Below are positions 40,992 to 50,410 of a stretch of DNA of 64,000 nucleotides, piece after piece. Source of the stretch: an uncultured Acidimicrobiia bacterium. GTDB lineage: Bacteria > Acidobacteriota > Terriglobia > Versatilivoradales > Versatilivoraceae. The position numbers were made by a program, and so were the translations under genes. Where the stretch lies: assembly GCA_963786955.1 (NCBI GenBank), contig CAWBAT010000008.1, positions 512,001 through 576,000 of the forward strand, given 5' to 3'. Within the stretch, counting starts at the first letter, position 1. Each line of letters opens with the position of its first letter. Under the pieces are notes generated by a model. It did not search any database, had not been told where the DNA came from, and saw only the letters and a program-made list of their open reading frames with translations.

Positions 40992-41089
40992 ATGAACCCC
41001 ACCTTTCATTTTTCTATTTGTTCCATTCAATAGAGAAGGCTTGCGCTCCGAATGAAAATCGCGCCGCCTGAAATGGCTGTTGAAGCCAG

Positions 41090-41854
41090 TTAGATTGCCG
41101 TCATTCCTCCATCGATGATTAATGGCGCCCCTGTCATATACTTCGATTCATCCGACGCAAGGTAAAGGGCTGCGTAGGCGATATCTTCCTCCGAGCCCAA
41201 CCCGAGCGGATGAGCATCCTTGACCGATTGCTCCACTTCAGCCCTGTTGTGCACCGCAGCCAGGAATTCGTCGTAAAGCGGCGTGGGGATCGTGCCGGGA
41301 CAGATGCAGTTCACCCGGATTTTATCGGGCGCGTGGCCGGTGGCCATGGAGCGCGTGAGATTGATGACGGCGCCCTTCGAGGCGCAATAGGCTGGGCTCA
41401 TCGGGTAACCGATCAGACCCGACTCAGAGGCCATGTTGATAATTACGCCGCCCCCCTGTGCCCGCATGACCGGGATAACGTATTTTGAACAGAGGAAAAT
41501 ACTCTTAACGTTCACGTCGAAGATCGTGTCCCAGTCCGCTTCAGAAAAATCTTCCAGCTTACCTCGAATGGCAGTCCCGGCGTTGTTGAAAAGGACATCG
41601 ATTCGCCCAAACGTTGAGCAGGTCACCTTGGTCAGATTTTCGGTGTCAGATGAGCAGGTTACATTGCAGTGCACATACTTGGCCTTGCCTCCCTCATCTC
41701 GGATCTCCCTCGCTGTTTTTTCTCCAAGGTCGTCTTTTACATCTGCCAGAACCACGGAGGCGCCTTCACGCGCAAAGATTCTAGCCGTCGCAGCACCGAT
41801 GCCACGGGCCGCGCCGGTGATGATGCAAATCTTTTCCCTCAACCGATTTCCCAT
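41090..41854 (-). CDS. SDR family oxidoreductase
   Basis: TGAARGIG, NNAG, YCASK, IRVNCICPG, IDGG. Confidence 0.92.
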   Translation of the reverse strand: MGNRLREKICIITGAARGIGAATARIFAREGASVVLADVKDDLGEKTAREIRDEGGKAKYVHCNVTCSSDTENLTKVTCSTFGRIDVLFNNAGTAIRGKLEDFSEADWDTIFDVNVKSIFLCSKYVIPVMRAQGGGVIINMASESGLIGYPMSPAYCASKGAVINLTRSMATGHAPDKIRVNCICPGTIPTPLYDEFLAAVHNRAEVEQSVKDAHPLGLGSEEDIAYAALYLASDESKYMTGAPLIIDGGMTAI

Positions 41855-42141
41855 GGGATAGTCCTCCTTAATAGGCCCGAATCTGCAAATTAACAGCTGG
41901 CCGAGTCAGATGTCTTGGAAGCCCCAACGTTCTCTTTGCCTATTCTTTCGGGACAACAAGCGTAATCGCTTACGCTCTGCCTTCGCTGCAGCTTGTCAAA
42001 GTGGACGCGCTTTCCGGAAATGTTTGAAAACCCTACTTGTCCGGATGCCACAGAGGGTATTCGTCAATCTCGCACTTCATGGCGGCAACAATTAACGGGG
42101 TTTCGTTCAAACGAATAGTAGACGCTCATCTTTCACAGGCC

Positions 42142-43269
42142 TCAGCGGACACCGCTCTCAGCTACGATAAATTCACGTACGCAATCTTCATTGAGTGTCA
42201 CGCCCAGCCCCGGTCGGTCGGGTACGGTGATTAAACCATCCGACTCCGCCTGAAAGCGCTCCAGAGAGAGTTCGTGCCGCAGCGGGGAATCCTCTACGCA
42301 ATCCTCGAAGAGAAACGCCGATGGCGCTGTGGAGAGCCAGTGAACGCAGGCTGCCACACTCACCGGCGTCTTGTAGCAATGATTGACTACCCGCCCACCC
42401 GCATCCTCTACCTGCCGGCGGATCACTTGGCCGTCTGTAAAACCGTTTCTTCCGAGGTCGACCTGGTAGATGTCCAGGGCATGCCGTCTGATCCATGGCT
42501 CGAAGGCCCAACGCCCGCACTCACCTTCGCCAGCGGCGATGGGCACCGGCGAACGGTCACGCAGCCATACATAGCCGTCAAGATCATCTTGAGAGAGAGG
42601 CTCCTCCAGCCAGCCGATGTCGAAGTCGGCAAACTGGTGGGCGCGTCGCAGCGCTGTGCGTGCATCCCAAACACAGCCGGCATCGATAAGTACCGCGTGT
42701 TTACCGCAGCCGGTACGCGCGCCGCGCACCAAGTCCAAATCCACAGACTCTGAAGTCCCCATGGGCTCCCAGCCGAATTTGACAGCCGTGTAGCCAGCTT
42801 CGATCCAGCGCCGCCCGATCTCAGCGGTTTCCGCTCCGTCCCGGCCGAAAAGGATGGATGCATAGGCACGGATGCGGTCATGGCGTTTGCCACCAAGTAG
42901 TTGATAAACGGGGGCTCCAAAATGCTTGCCCTTCAGGTCCCAGAGGGCCATGTCGAGGCCGGCCATGGCGGTGATGGCGACGCCGCGGCGTCCGAAATAG
43001 ATGGAACCACGGTACATCTTGTCCCAGAGCCTTTCGGTATCTAGGGGGTCTTCACCAATCAACAGCTTGCGCAGGCCGCACGCGACATTATGGCTAAAGG
43101 GTGCATCGATAACCGCCTTAGCCACTTCTGGGCTGGAGTCGACTTCGCCGATACCCTCAAGCCCGGAGTCTGTTTGAATGCGGACGAGCAGTGTGTCTTG
43201 GGTACCCGCGGTTTTCGCATTTACATGAGGCAGTCGCAATATCTGGGCAATCACGTGTTCAATCTTCAT
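42142..43269 (-). CDS. Mandelate racemase/muconate lactonising (enolase superfamily) enzyme, probable sugar-acid dehydratase
   Basis: DMALWDLKGK, PVYQLLGG, YAS, K.G, IDAG, WLEEP, IAAGE, H, PGLGV. Confidence 0.9.
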   Translation of the reverse strand: MKIEHVIAQILRLPHVNAKTAGTQDTLLVRIQTDSGLEGIGEVDSSPEVAKAVIDAPFSHNVACGLRKLLIGEDPLDTERLWDKMYRGSIYFGRRGVAITAMAGLDMALWDLKGKHFGAPVYQLLGGKRHDRIRAYASILFGRDGAETAEIGRRWIEAGYTAVKFGWEPMGTSESVDLDLVRGARTGCGKHAVLIDAGCVWDARTALRRAHQFADFDIGWLEEPLSQDDLDGYVWLRDRSPVPIAAGEGECGRWAFEPWIRRHALDIYQVDLGRNGFTDGQVIRRQVEDAGGRVVNHCYKTPVSVAACVHWLSTAPSAFLFEDCVEDSPLRHELSLERFQAESDGLITVPDRPGLGVTLNEDCVREFIVAESGVR

Positions 43270-43456
43270 TTTGTTTGTTTAAGGGCGATTCCCCCCTCCT
43301 GAGGTCATAAAATGTGATCGCTATTCCAGCAAGAATCCTACCGTTCCTCAAAATGTGACGAAAGAAATTACTCAAATAGTACTCTGAATGGACTTTGTGA
43401 TCCCAGTGCCGTGTCGGACCTGAGTTACGAAAACAGGAGGTCCGCAGAGATTTAGC

Positions 43457-44486
43457 TCACCCGTGTCCGGATACTAACTTCCGGATAACGGAAACAATCC
43501 GGTCTTTGCTGGGTACATAATACTGTTCCAGCGGCGGTGAAAACGGTACTGGCGTGTGGGGCGCGGTGATCATCTGTGGAGGGGCATTCAGATAATCAAA
43601 TGCCTTCGACGCCACCAGGGCAACGATGTCTGTCGCCATTGAGCAGCGAGGGTTATCTTCATCGACCACGACAAGGTGCTCAGTCTTGCGCACAGACTCG
43701 AGGATAATGTCTTCATCCAACGGTGATATCGAACGTGGATCAACCACCTCAACGCTAATCCCCTCTTTGGCCAGCACCTGTGCAGCTTCCAATGCAATGC
43801 CCACCATGCGCGAGAAGGCAATCACTGTGACATTGTTGCCTTCTGCAACAACGCGACCCTTGCCGAGCGGCACGATATGTTCGCCAACCGGCACTGGCCC
43901 CTTCATGTCGTACAACACCTTATTTTCAAAGACAATCACAGGATCATCGTCGCGAATCGCTGCTTTCAAAAGCCCCTTGGCGTCGGCTGGGTTCGAAAGG
44001 TACTACGCATTTTAGGCCTGGAAAATGGGCGAACATTGAGTAATTGATATCGGAATGCTGCGCGGCTGCTCCCGCGCCAGCCCCGATCGTTGTGCGAATT
44101 GTCAAGGGCACTTTGGCCTTGCCACCAAACATGTACCGCAACTTGGCTGCCTGGTTGACAATCTGATCCAGACAGACGCCAGCAAAACTAACGAACATCA
44201 GTTCCGCAACGGGTCTCAAGCCTGTCGCCGCCGCCCCCGTTGCCGCCCCGATAATGGCGGATTCCGAGATGGGCGTGTCTAAGACCCGCTCTTTGCCGAA
44301 ACGACCAATTAATCCCTTGGTAACCCCTAACACGCCACCCCAGGCGTCTAGCATTGCAGGGTCGTTTGACTGCGGCGCTCCCGCAACATCTTCACCGATG
44401 ATAATGACTTTCTCGTCTCGCTCCATTTCTTCAACGAGCGCTTCGTTGAGTGCTTCTCGATAAGTCATCGTTCGATCGGGCATCAT
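43457..44486 (-). CDS. acoB: Acetoin dehydrogenase-like E1 beta subunit (frameshift at 43996-43998)
   Basis: DAWGGVLGVTKGL, DTPISE, AAQHS. One extra base in CCTTTCG splits KCVVP|SNPADAKGLLKAAIRDDDPV. Confidence 0.85.
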
Positions 44487-44499
44487 CTTCTCTTCAAGT

Positions 44500-45501
44500 T
44501 TAGTAACGAACGTAAACGTCGGTGAGACAATCTTCTGGTTGTGGCAGAGGGGACGATCTCGCAAACTCGACCGCGTCTCGGACCCGATGTTCAACCTGCA
44601 GATTAATCGCTTGTAAATCTTCAGGACTGATCTGCACCTGGGGTGCGATTTGAGATACAAATATTTTCAATGGATCACGTTGGCGATAGCTGTCCACTTC
44701 CTCATTAGTACGGTACTTCATGGAATCGCCTTCAAAGTGACCGTAGTAACGATATGTCTTGGCTTCAATTAAGGTGGGTCCGCTCCCCGTGCGAGCCCGT
44801 CTCACGGCCTGCTCCGCTGCGGCATAGACCTCAAGCACGTCCTGTCCATCAACAATCACCCCCGGGATGTTGTAGCTTACCGAACGATCTGCAATATTCT
44901 CCGTCCTCATTGAATACTTGGGTGAGGTAGTTTCGGCGTACTGGTTATTTTCACATACGAATATGCAAGGCAGGTCCCAGATCGACGCCATATTGATGGA
45001 TTCATGAAATGTCCCTTGGTTGCTAGCGCCATCAGAGAAGAAGCTGACGCATACTTGGCCACTCTTACGAACCTTGGCGGATAAAGCGGCTCCAACCGCA
45101 AGAGGCAATCCGGCACCAACAATGCCATTGGCTCCAAGCATGCCTTTGGAAAGGTCCGCGATATGCATGGATCCGCCCTTGCCCTTGCAGATGCCGGTCA
45201 TGCGACCGTAGATTTCGGCGAGCATCGCTTTGAGATCAACGCCCTTGGCGATACAGTGGCCGTGTCCGCGGTGGGTAGAGGTGATATAGTCATCCGGGCC
45301 CAGCGCATTCATCACACCGACCGCAACGGCTTCTTGCCCTGCATAGAGGTGCACGAATCCTGGGATGTCGCCAGCTGCAAATAAATCATGCAGCTTGTCC
45401 TCGAAGGTTCGGATTGTCCGCATCCCTTCGTACATCGTTAAGAGGCGCTGACGGTCCAGCGCTTCGGGTAGTACTGAAACTTCGACAGTATTTGTGTTCA
45501 T
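44500..45501 (-). CDS. acoA: Acetoin dehydrogenase-like ThDP-dependent E1 alpha subunit
   Basis: IPGFVHLYAGQEA, STHRGHGH, GKGGSMHIAD, DGASNQG...ENN, TYRYYGHFEGD. Confidence 0.9.
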   Translation of the reverse strand: MNTNTVEVSVLPEALDRQRLLTMYEGMRTIRTFEDKLHDLFAAGDIPGFVHLYAGQEAVAVGVMNALGPDDYITSTHRGHGHCIAKGVDLKAMLAEIYGRMTGICKGKGGSMHIADLSKGMLGANGIVGAGLPLAVGAALSAKVRKSGQVCVSFFSDGASNQGTFHESINMASIWDLPCIFVCENNQYAETTSPKYSMRTENIADRSVSYNIPGVIVDGQDVLEVYAAAEQAVRRARTGSGPTLIEAKTYRYYGHFEGDSMKYRTNEEVDSYRQRDPLKIFVSQIAPQVQISPEDLQAINLQVEHRVRDAVEFARSSPLPQPEDCLTDVYVRY

Positions 45502-45502
45502 A

Positions 45503-46681
45503 TTACGTTCCTTCAGTGGTGATGGTTTCGATTCGATTGATAAAGTCTTTCAGAAAGGCTGCACCAGCCGCGCCATCTGCCACGCGGTGATCCAGCGTCA
45601 AACCGAATTCGACTATTGGCTGAAATTTGACTGCACTTTCATCGACCGGACAGGCTACTTGCCGAATACGGCCGATTGATAAAATGGCTGCCTGAGGGGG
45701 GCTGAGCAGAGCCTCAAAGCGATCAATCGGGTACATTCCGAGATTGGTTAAGGTGAATGTCCCCCCCAGAGTGTCTTCCTCTTTGATCTGACGCGAGCGC
45801 ACGCAATTTACTAGGCGGCTACGCTCGGCGCTGATCTGATTTATTGTTAATCGCGTACAGTCACGGATCACGGGGATAATCAGTCCCTGATCCACAGCCA
45901 CGACGACCCCAATATTCACCTGTTTGTGAAGTCGGATACCGTTATCTTCGAAAGACGCGTTGAGATACCGATGATCCACGAGTGTCCGGGCAACGCACCA
46001 AACAATCATGTCATCAAATGCGATTGCTTTTTCTCGCTGACGGACCTCTTGGAGCGCCGAGGCGTCGGCGTGTGCATAAAGCACTATTTGTGGAATGACA
46101 ACAGACCTCGTTACATGCCGGACAATGGCTTTGCGCATCGACGACAATGGTACAATTTCACTCGAAGGGTCCTTGTTCGTGAGCTCAGCTTGCCGCTGGG
46201 TTGCCTGCAGAACATCTTCCTTGGTGATGCGCCCGTCGGGACCTGTACCGGTGACAGTCGTTAGATCAACACCCAAATCTTTTGCAACGCGTCGCGCCGC
46301 TGGTGAAATGGCGACGCGAGAGGGCTTTGACGGGGGCATCGCCGGTTCAGATTGCGATACCTCGCGTTCTTGTTTTAAGAGGACTTCCACAGTCTCTACC
46401 GCACTATCACCAGATACCCGAGGAATATCCTGTCTTGACTCACCTTCCAGTAGAACCCAGCCCATCGTATCAGAGACTGAAGCAGTGGCTCCCTCTTCAA
46501 TAATGATAATGGCCAGCGTACCACTAGCGGGGGACACAAGCTCATTAGTGGCTTTGTCCGTCTCGATCTCTACCAATGATTGATCTTTCTCGATATGCTC
46601 GCCTACCTCGGCCAACCAGCGAACGACTGTGCCTTCGGCCATCATCATTCCGAACTTGGGCATCGTGATAGGTACAGGCAT
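45503..46681 (-). CDS. acoC: Dihydrolipoamide acyltransferase E2
   Basis: Lipoyl motif ETDKA, E3-binding SPAARR...GTGPDGRI, catalytic DHRVADG. Confidence 0.88.
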   Translation of the reverse strand: MPVPITMPKFGMMMAEGTVVRWLAEVGEHIEKDQSLVEIETDKATNELVSPASGTLAIIIIEEGATASVSDTMGWVLLEGESRQDIPRVSGDSAVETVEVLLKQEREVSQSEPAMPPSKPSRVAISPAARRVAKDLGVDLTTVTGTGPDGRITKEDVLQATQRQAELTNKDPSSEIVPLSSMRKAIVRHVTRSVVIPQIVLYAHADASALQEVRQREKAIAFDDMIVWCVARTLVDHRYLNASFEDNGIRLHKQVNIGVVVAVDQGLIIPVIRDCTRLTINQISAERSRLVNCVRSRQIKEEDTLGGTFTLTNLGMYPIDRFEALLSPPQAAILSIGRIRQVACPVDESAVKFQPIVEFGLTLDHRVADGAAGAAFLKDFINRIETITTEGT

Positions 46682-46916
46682 AATTGGTAGATTCTCGCTA
46701 GTTGTGGCAAGCAACCTCATAGAACGAGTGAGTGAGTGGTTTTGCCAACCAGCCGCCCAACCGTTAGCTGTCAAGGACTATAACTAAAATCGCTCCAGTA
46801 TTGACTTGCGCCACAGAACCTATATTAATATTTCGAAACAATTTCTTACCGCCAAAGTATCTTGAATGGAACTGCTGAAGCCTTAACTTCAGAGGGAAAT
46901 ATTGTTAGATATTAAA

Positions 46917-46946
46917 AACATAGGTCGAGGAACGAGCGCTTGTCAA
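46917..46946 (-). promoter_or_regulatory. Putative sigma70 promoter for the acoC-A-B operon
   Basis: Minus-strand TTGACA-N18-TATGTT. A putative operator lies nearby at 47001-47018. Confidence 0.4.
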
Positions 46947-47240
46947 GTTTTTTCTAGAATGCATTAATGTCAAGGAAATAGGCCTTATATTTTGCATAGT
47001 TACTTCAAATACAAAGTCAATGGCCTAAAAACCTCAAAACGAATTTTCTGATATCCTCGAGAGAGTAATAAAGTCGAATATCAAGAAACGATATATTGGT
47101 TAAGATTGCCAATTTATCCAAAGCCCGTATTGTTGAAGGTGTCCCTCAGCAAAATTTTATCGGCTTGAAAACAATTAATTATTAAGCCTGTTCCCTCCAC
47201 ACTCCTGCCCGTGATAGAAACACGTTGATGGGTAGGAATT

Positions 47241-47732
47241 TCAATGTTGCAGGAGTGAGAGAGCGACGAAACCTACCTCTAGTTTGGGAGTGCTTAAGAG
47301 GAAGATGTCCCGGGACCCAAGCGGAAATTTAGAGTGTTTTGGGTTCGGTTTCAGCTTCATCTGCTGCAGTAGTTTGGTAGCGAGTACCTCCCTAGAATTC
47401 TTGAGCGTTTCCTCGGTGAGATGGAAGTAGACCTTTTTGCCGTAGGCAAGCAAATCGGGCGCAAAGTCTGTCACGGCGCGGTGTTCAATGCGAGCTTCAC
47501 CAGTGAAGTAGGCTGCGGTTGCGCGAATCCGGTCCCCTTGGAAACGCTTAAGCAGGAAGGCGAGGTACTTTATGCCGCCCGCAATATTAGCCGCTGAATC
47601 GAAGCGATTGCTGACACCAAAGCGCCTTGCCGTTCCGGGCAACGTCTGGATCAACCCTCCAGGCCCCAAGGAGCCAGAGTGATGGATCGCTACACTAAAT
47701 TCTCCCAGCAGCTGTCTCAAAATCATTGACAC
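47241..47732 (-). pseudogene. Lytic transglycosylase (SLT) remnant
   Basis: GLIQTLPGTARRFG, NI.GG..YL, AAY..GE motifs are present, but the catalytic ES motif region is degraded and there is no good start. Confidence 0.65.
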
Positions 47733-47748
47733 GTTCCGTCCGAGGAAA

Positions 47749-47830
47749 CTGGGAACAAACTAGGAACAAGATTGGGAACAAATCGCGAACAGAACACCGT
47801 AGAACAAGATAGAAAACCGTGGAACAAGGT
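47749..47830 (+). repeat. Cluster of short direct repeats (GGAACAA/GAACA), putative integrase arm-type sites
   Basis: CTGGGAACAAA, CTAGGAACAAG, TTGGGAACAAA, CCGTAGAACAAG and CCGTGGAACAAG lie 45-125 bp left of the tRNA fragment. Confidence 0.65.
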
Positions 47831-47874
47831 GGAGCTAAATCAATGAAAAGCAAAGACGGGAGATTGTTTATTTT

Positions 47875-47921
47875 GGCTCATAACCCAAAGGTCGCGGGTT
47901 CAAATCCCGCCCCCGCAACCA
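47875..47921 (+). mobile_element. 3' half of initiator tRNA-fMet(CAT), putative attR attachment site
   Basis: GGCTCATAACCCAAAGGTCGCGGGTTCAAATCCCGCCCCCGCAACCA gives anticodon arm, T-arm, acceptor 3' strand and CCA. The upstream sequence cannot form the 5' half or D-arm. Confidence 0.85.
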
Positions 47922-48249
47922 ACTTCCCACCTTTTTATCTACCTCTAATTCCTGACTGGTCTTAACCTTAGCTTTTAATGTACTCTCGCCTTCTTTCCCT
48001 CCTCAGAGTCGCCGATCTCTCCGTTTTCTAACATTCTTCTAACAATTGGCTGTCTAAGGATGAAGATGTTCAGCCCTAGTTTCAGAATTCCACGTTTAAC
48101 CGACCCATCCTGGGGAGAAGCGTTTTCTAGTTGACAAAGCCTTTTAATGGGAGACCATACGCGATAGTGATCCACCCGCAAACGCGGTGGTCAATTGAGG
48201 GCACAATCGATACCTCCCCCTTAATGCTTAAGAGTTGAGCTCAAGAACA

Positions 48250-49935
48250 ATGCCGCGAAACTTGCTGGATCGCCTGGACAGCTGGAAGAGCCGCTTTGAA
48301 ACACCCGACGCCCGTCAACTTGAACGGATGCTGTCGGCTGTGGCGTCGCGACGGCTTCGCGATGCGAACGGTTTAATCCGACTGCACGAAACCCTGCTGT
48401 TTCTGCGCGCCTATCCGTACACTCCAGAAGTGGCGCGGCTGGCAGACTCCATTCTCTTCTCATTTGCAGACCGCATCAGGGAGTTGCGGGCGGCGAGTCC
48501 GGATCTTTCCGCCTTCGAGGAACCGGAAATATCGGGTATCGCAGGCACGTCGCTCTCGGCGGTTTTTAGCTATGAGGTGGCTCGGCGCCTCGCGCTCCGC
48601 TATCCGCGAACCTTGGAGATTGCATGGGACCGCTACGACGAAATTGACCGACTCGGTCCAGTCATCTCGCGGTTCTTGCCCCTACTCCAGGAGGATTGGC
48701 CGGTTGAAGCCCATGTTCCTTTTCGCGAGTGGCTCTCGGCGGCCCGGCGCCGGGGCCAAAGCGATTTAGCCTGGTTGCTTGAGCACATGCGCACTTTGCC
48801 GCTCACACCCCGCGGGCTGGCGGAACTTTACGACGCGCTGCAACTGCCACTGACCTGGAACATGGGCACTACGCGTACGTCCCGATCACGCCTGCGGCTA
48901 TCCAACCGCAAGCTGTACTGTCACCGCGAACCACTGCTGCGGCGGAGCGACATTTCGCTTGAGCATGAGTTGAAAGGCCCGCCATTTCGGGTGAGGCGTC
49001 TGTCCCGTCCGGAAGCGCGTAAGATGCTGGATCTCATTCTCGACACCTCGGCAATGCGCTGCCGCGAGCTCTATGGCTTTAGCCACCCCGACGAGACCGG
49101 AGTTTTTCGCGCGGATGCGGGTCGGGGCGTCGAAATCTTCTTCTTCGGCGTGCCGCCCGAGTGGCGGTTGCCGGTTCGGGCCTACCATGCGGGAATGTTC
49201 TTCAAGAACGGCGTACCAGCCGGCTATGTGGAACTGCTTTCACTGTTTGAACGGGCCGAGGTGGGCTTCAATATGTACTACACGTTTCGAGAGGGCGAAT
49301 CCGCGTGGCTGTATGCGCAGCTTCTCCGCCTTTTCCGCCAGGTCTTGGGCGTGAAGTGCTTTTCAGTGGATCCCTATCAGATCGGCTTGGAGAATTCGGA
49401 AGCTATCGTTTCGGGGGCGTTCTGGTTCTACCGAAAGCTGGGGTTCCGTCCACTGGAGCCGGAAGTTGCAAGGCTGGTGGAGCGGGAGGAACGCAGAATA
49501 CGGCAAACCCCGGGGTACCGGAGTTCGCCAACGACCCTGGAAAAACTGGCCAAAGGTTATATCATTTTTGAGGGTCCATCGGCCGAAGCGGGCGCCTGGG
49601 ACAAGTTCCGGGTTCGCAATCTCGGGCTGGCGGTTCAGCGAGCGATGGCGGACCGTTTCGAGGGGGATTCGGAAAGGACCCGGCGCGCGGCGAGGCTGCA
49701 TGCCGTCCAGCACCTCGGGGTCGAGTCTTCCATCGGCTTATCCTTTGTTCTTAGTCTGATTCCGGAGTTGCCGCGTTGGACGAAAGAAGAGAAACTCGCT
49801 GCTGCGAAGATTCTTCAAGCTAAGCAAATAGCCGACGAAGCGCGATACCTCCATCTGATGCAACGCCATCCGCGCCTGCGCGCCGCGATCCTGAAACTCG
49901 GGTCAGTCGTGCCAGTAGATAGTGAGCGTCAGTAA
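48250..49935 (+). CDS. Hypothetical protein with possible C-terminal GNAT-like motif
   Basis: Long GC-rich ORF; FKNGVP.GY and SGAFWFYRKLGF (resembles GNAT motif B). Confidence 0.7.
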   Translation: MPRNLLDRLDSWKSRFETPDARQLERMLSAVASRRLRDANGLIRLHETLLFLRAYPYTPEVARLADSILFSFADRIRELRAASPDLSAFEEPEISGIAGTSLSAVFSYEVARRLALRYPRTLEIAWDRYDEIDRLGPVISRFLPLLQEDWPVEAHVPFREWLSAARRRGQSDLAWLLEHMRTLPLTPRGLAELYDALQLPLTWNMGTTRTSRSRLRLSNRKLYCHREPLLRRSDISLEHELKGPPFRVRRLSRPEARKMLDLILDTSAMRCRELYGFSHPDETGVFRADAGRGVEIFFFGVPPEWRLPVRAYHAGMFFKNGVPAGYVELLSLFERAEVGFNMYYTFREGESAWLYAQLLRLFRQVLGVKCFSVDPYQIGLENSEAIVSGAFWFYRKLGFRPLEPEVARLVEREERRIRQTPGYRSSPTTLEKLAKGYIIFEGPSAEAGAWDKFRVRNLGLAVQRAMADRFEGDSERTRRAARLHAVQHLGVESSIGLSFVLSLIPELPRWTKEEKLAAAKILQAKQIADEARYLHLMQRHPRLRAAILKLGSVVPVDSERQ

Positions 49936-50410
49936 TGTGCGTGAAGAGGCTGATGTAGCAGAGAAAAACTAGTTGGCGATGTGCCACCTTTCAACCGAGG
50001 ACCTAAATTGTGTCAATAGGCTTAAAGTGAGGATAGTGCACGTTTGCGGGCCAATCAAAAGCAGAAAGGTGCCGCGTTTGGTAGCAATTCCTGATTACCT
50101 GGTAGATACGGCACCCCAGTATTCTTATCATCCCACGGCCAACGAGCTCATTTTCCAGGGCGCGCTGGCTCCGCCATCACTTACGCGGAGCGCCGAGGGT
50201 GTCTATGGCGAATTGATATATTGACCGATTCTACCGGTGACCGTGCTGCCCAAGTGAGGCGAGTTACATTGGCGGAGAGCAGTTGGTGGCAGCGGCAAGA
50301 TCAGATCAGCCAACCGTGAAGTGTCTACAAACTTAAAGAGCGAGTGATTTCTAGACGTTTAGCCGTGCCGAATTCACACCCGACAACAGAGGCGAAAAAT
50401 CTTTGGAGAA

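Noticed and set aside
39522-41033. Long + strand ORFs (39522-40196, 40383-41033) and similar overlapping ORFs elsewhere
   Set aside because: They are antisense shadows of well-supported genes and have no recognisable motifs.
41880-42140. Possible small gene between the enolase-family gene and the SDR
   Set aside because: Interrupted by stops with no recognisable motif; at most a decayed remnant.
43990-44000. Programmed ribosomal frameshift in acoB
   Set aside because: No known slippery heptamer or stop-stimulated site. A homopolymer error or mutation is simpler.
47749-47830. CRISPR array
   Set aside because: The repeats are 7-12 nt with no spacers, and there are no cas genes.
47845-47921. 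Intact tRNA-Met gene
   Set aside because: The 5' acceptor strand and D-arm are absent; only the 3' half is present.
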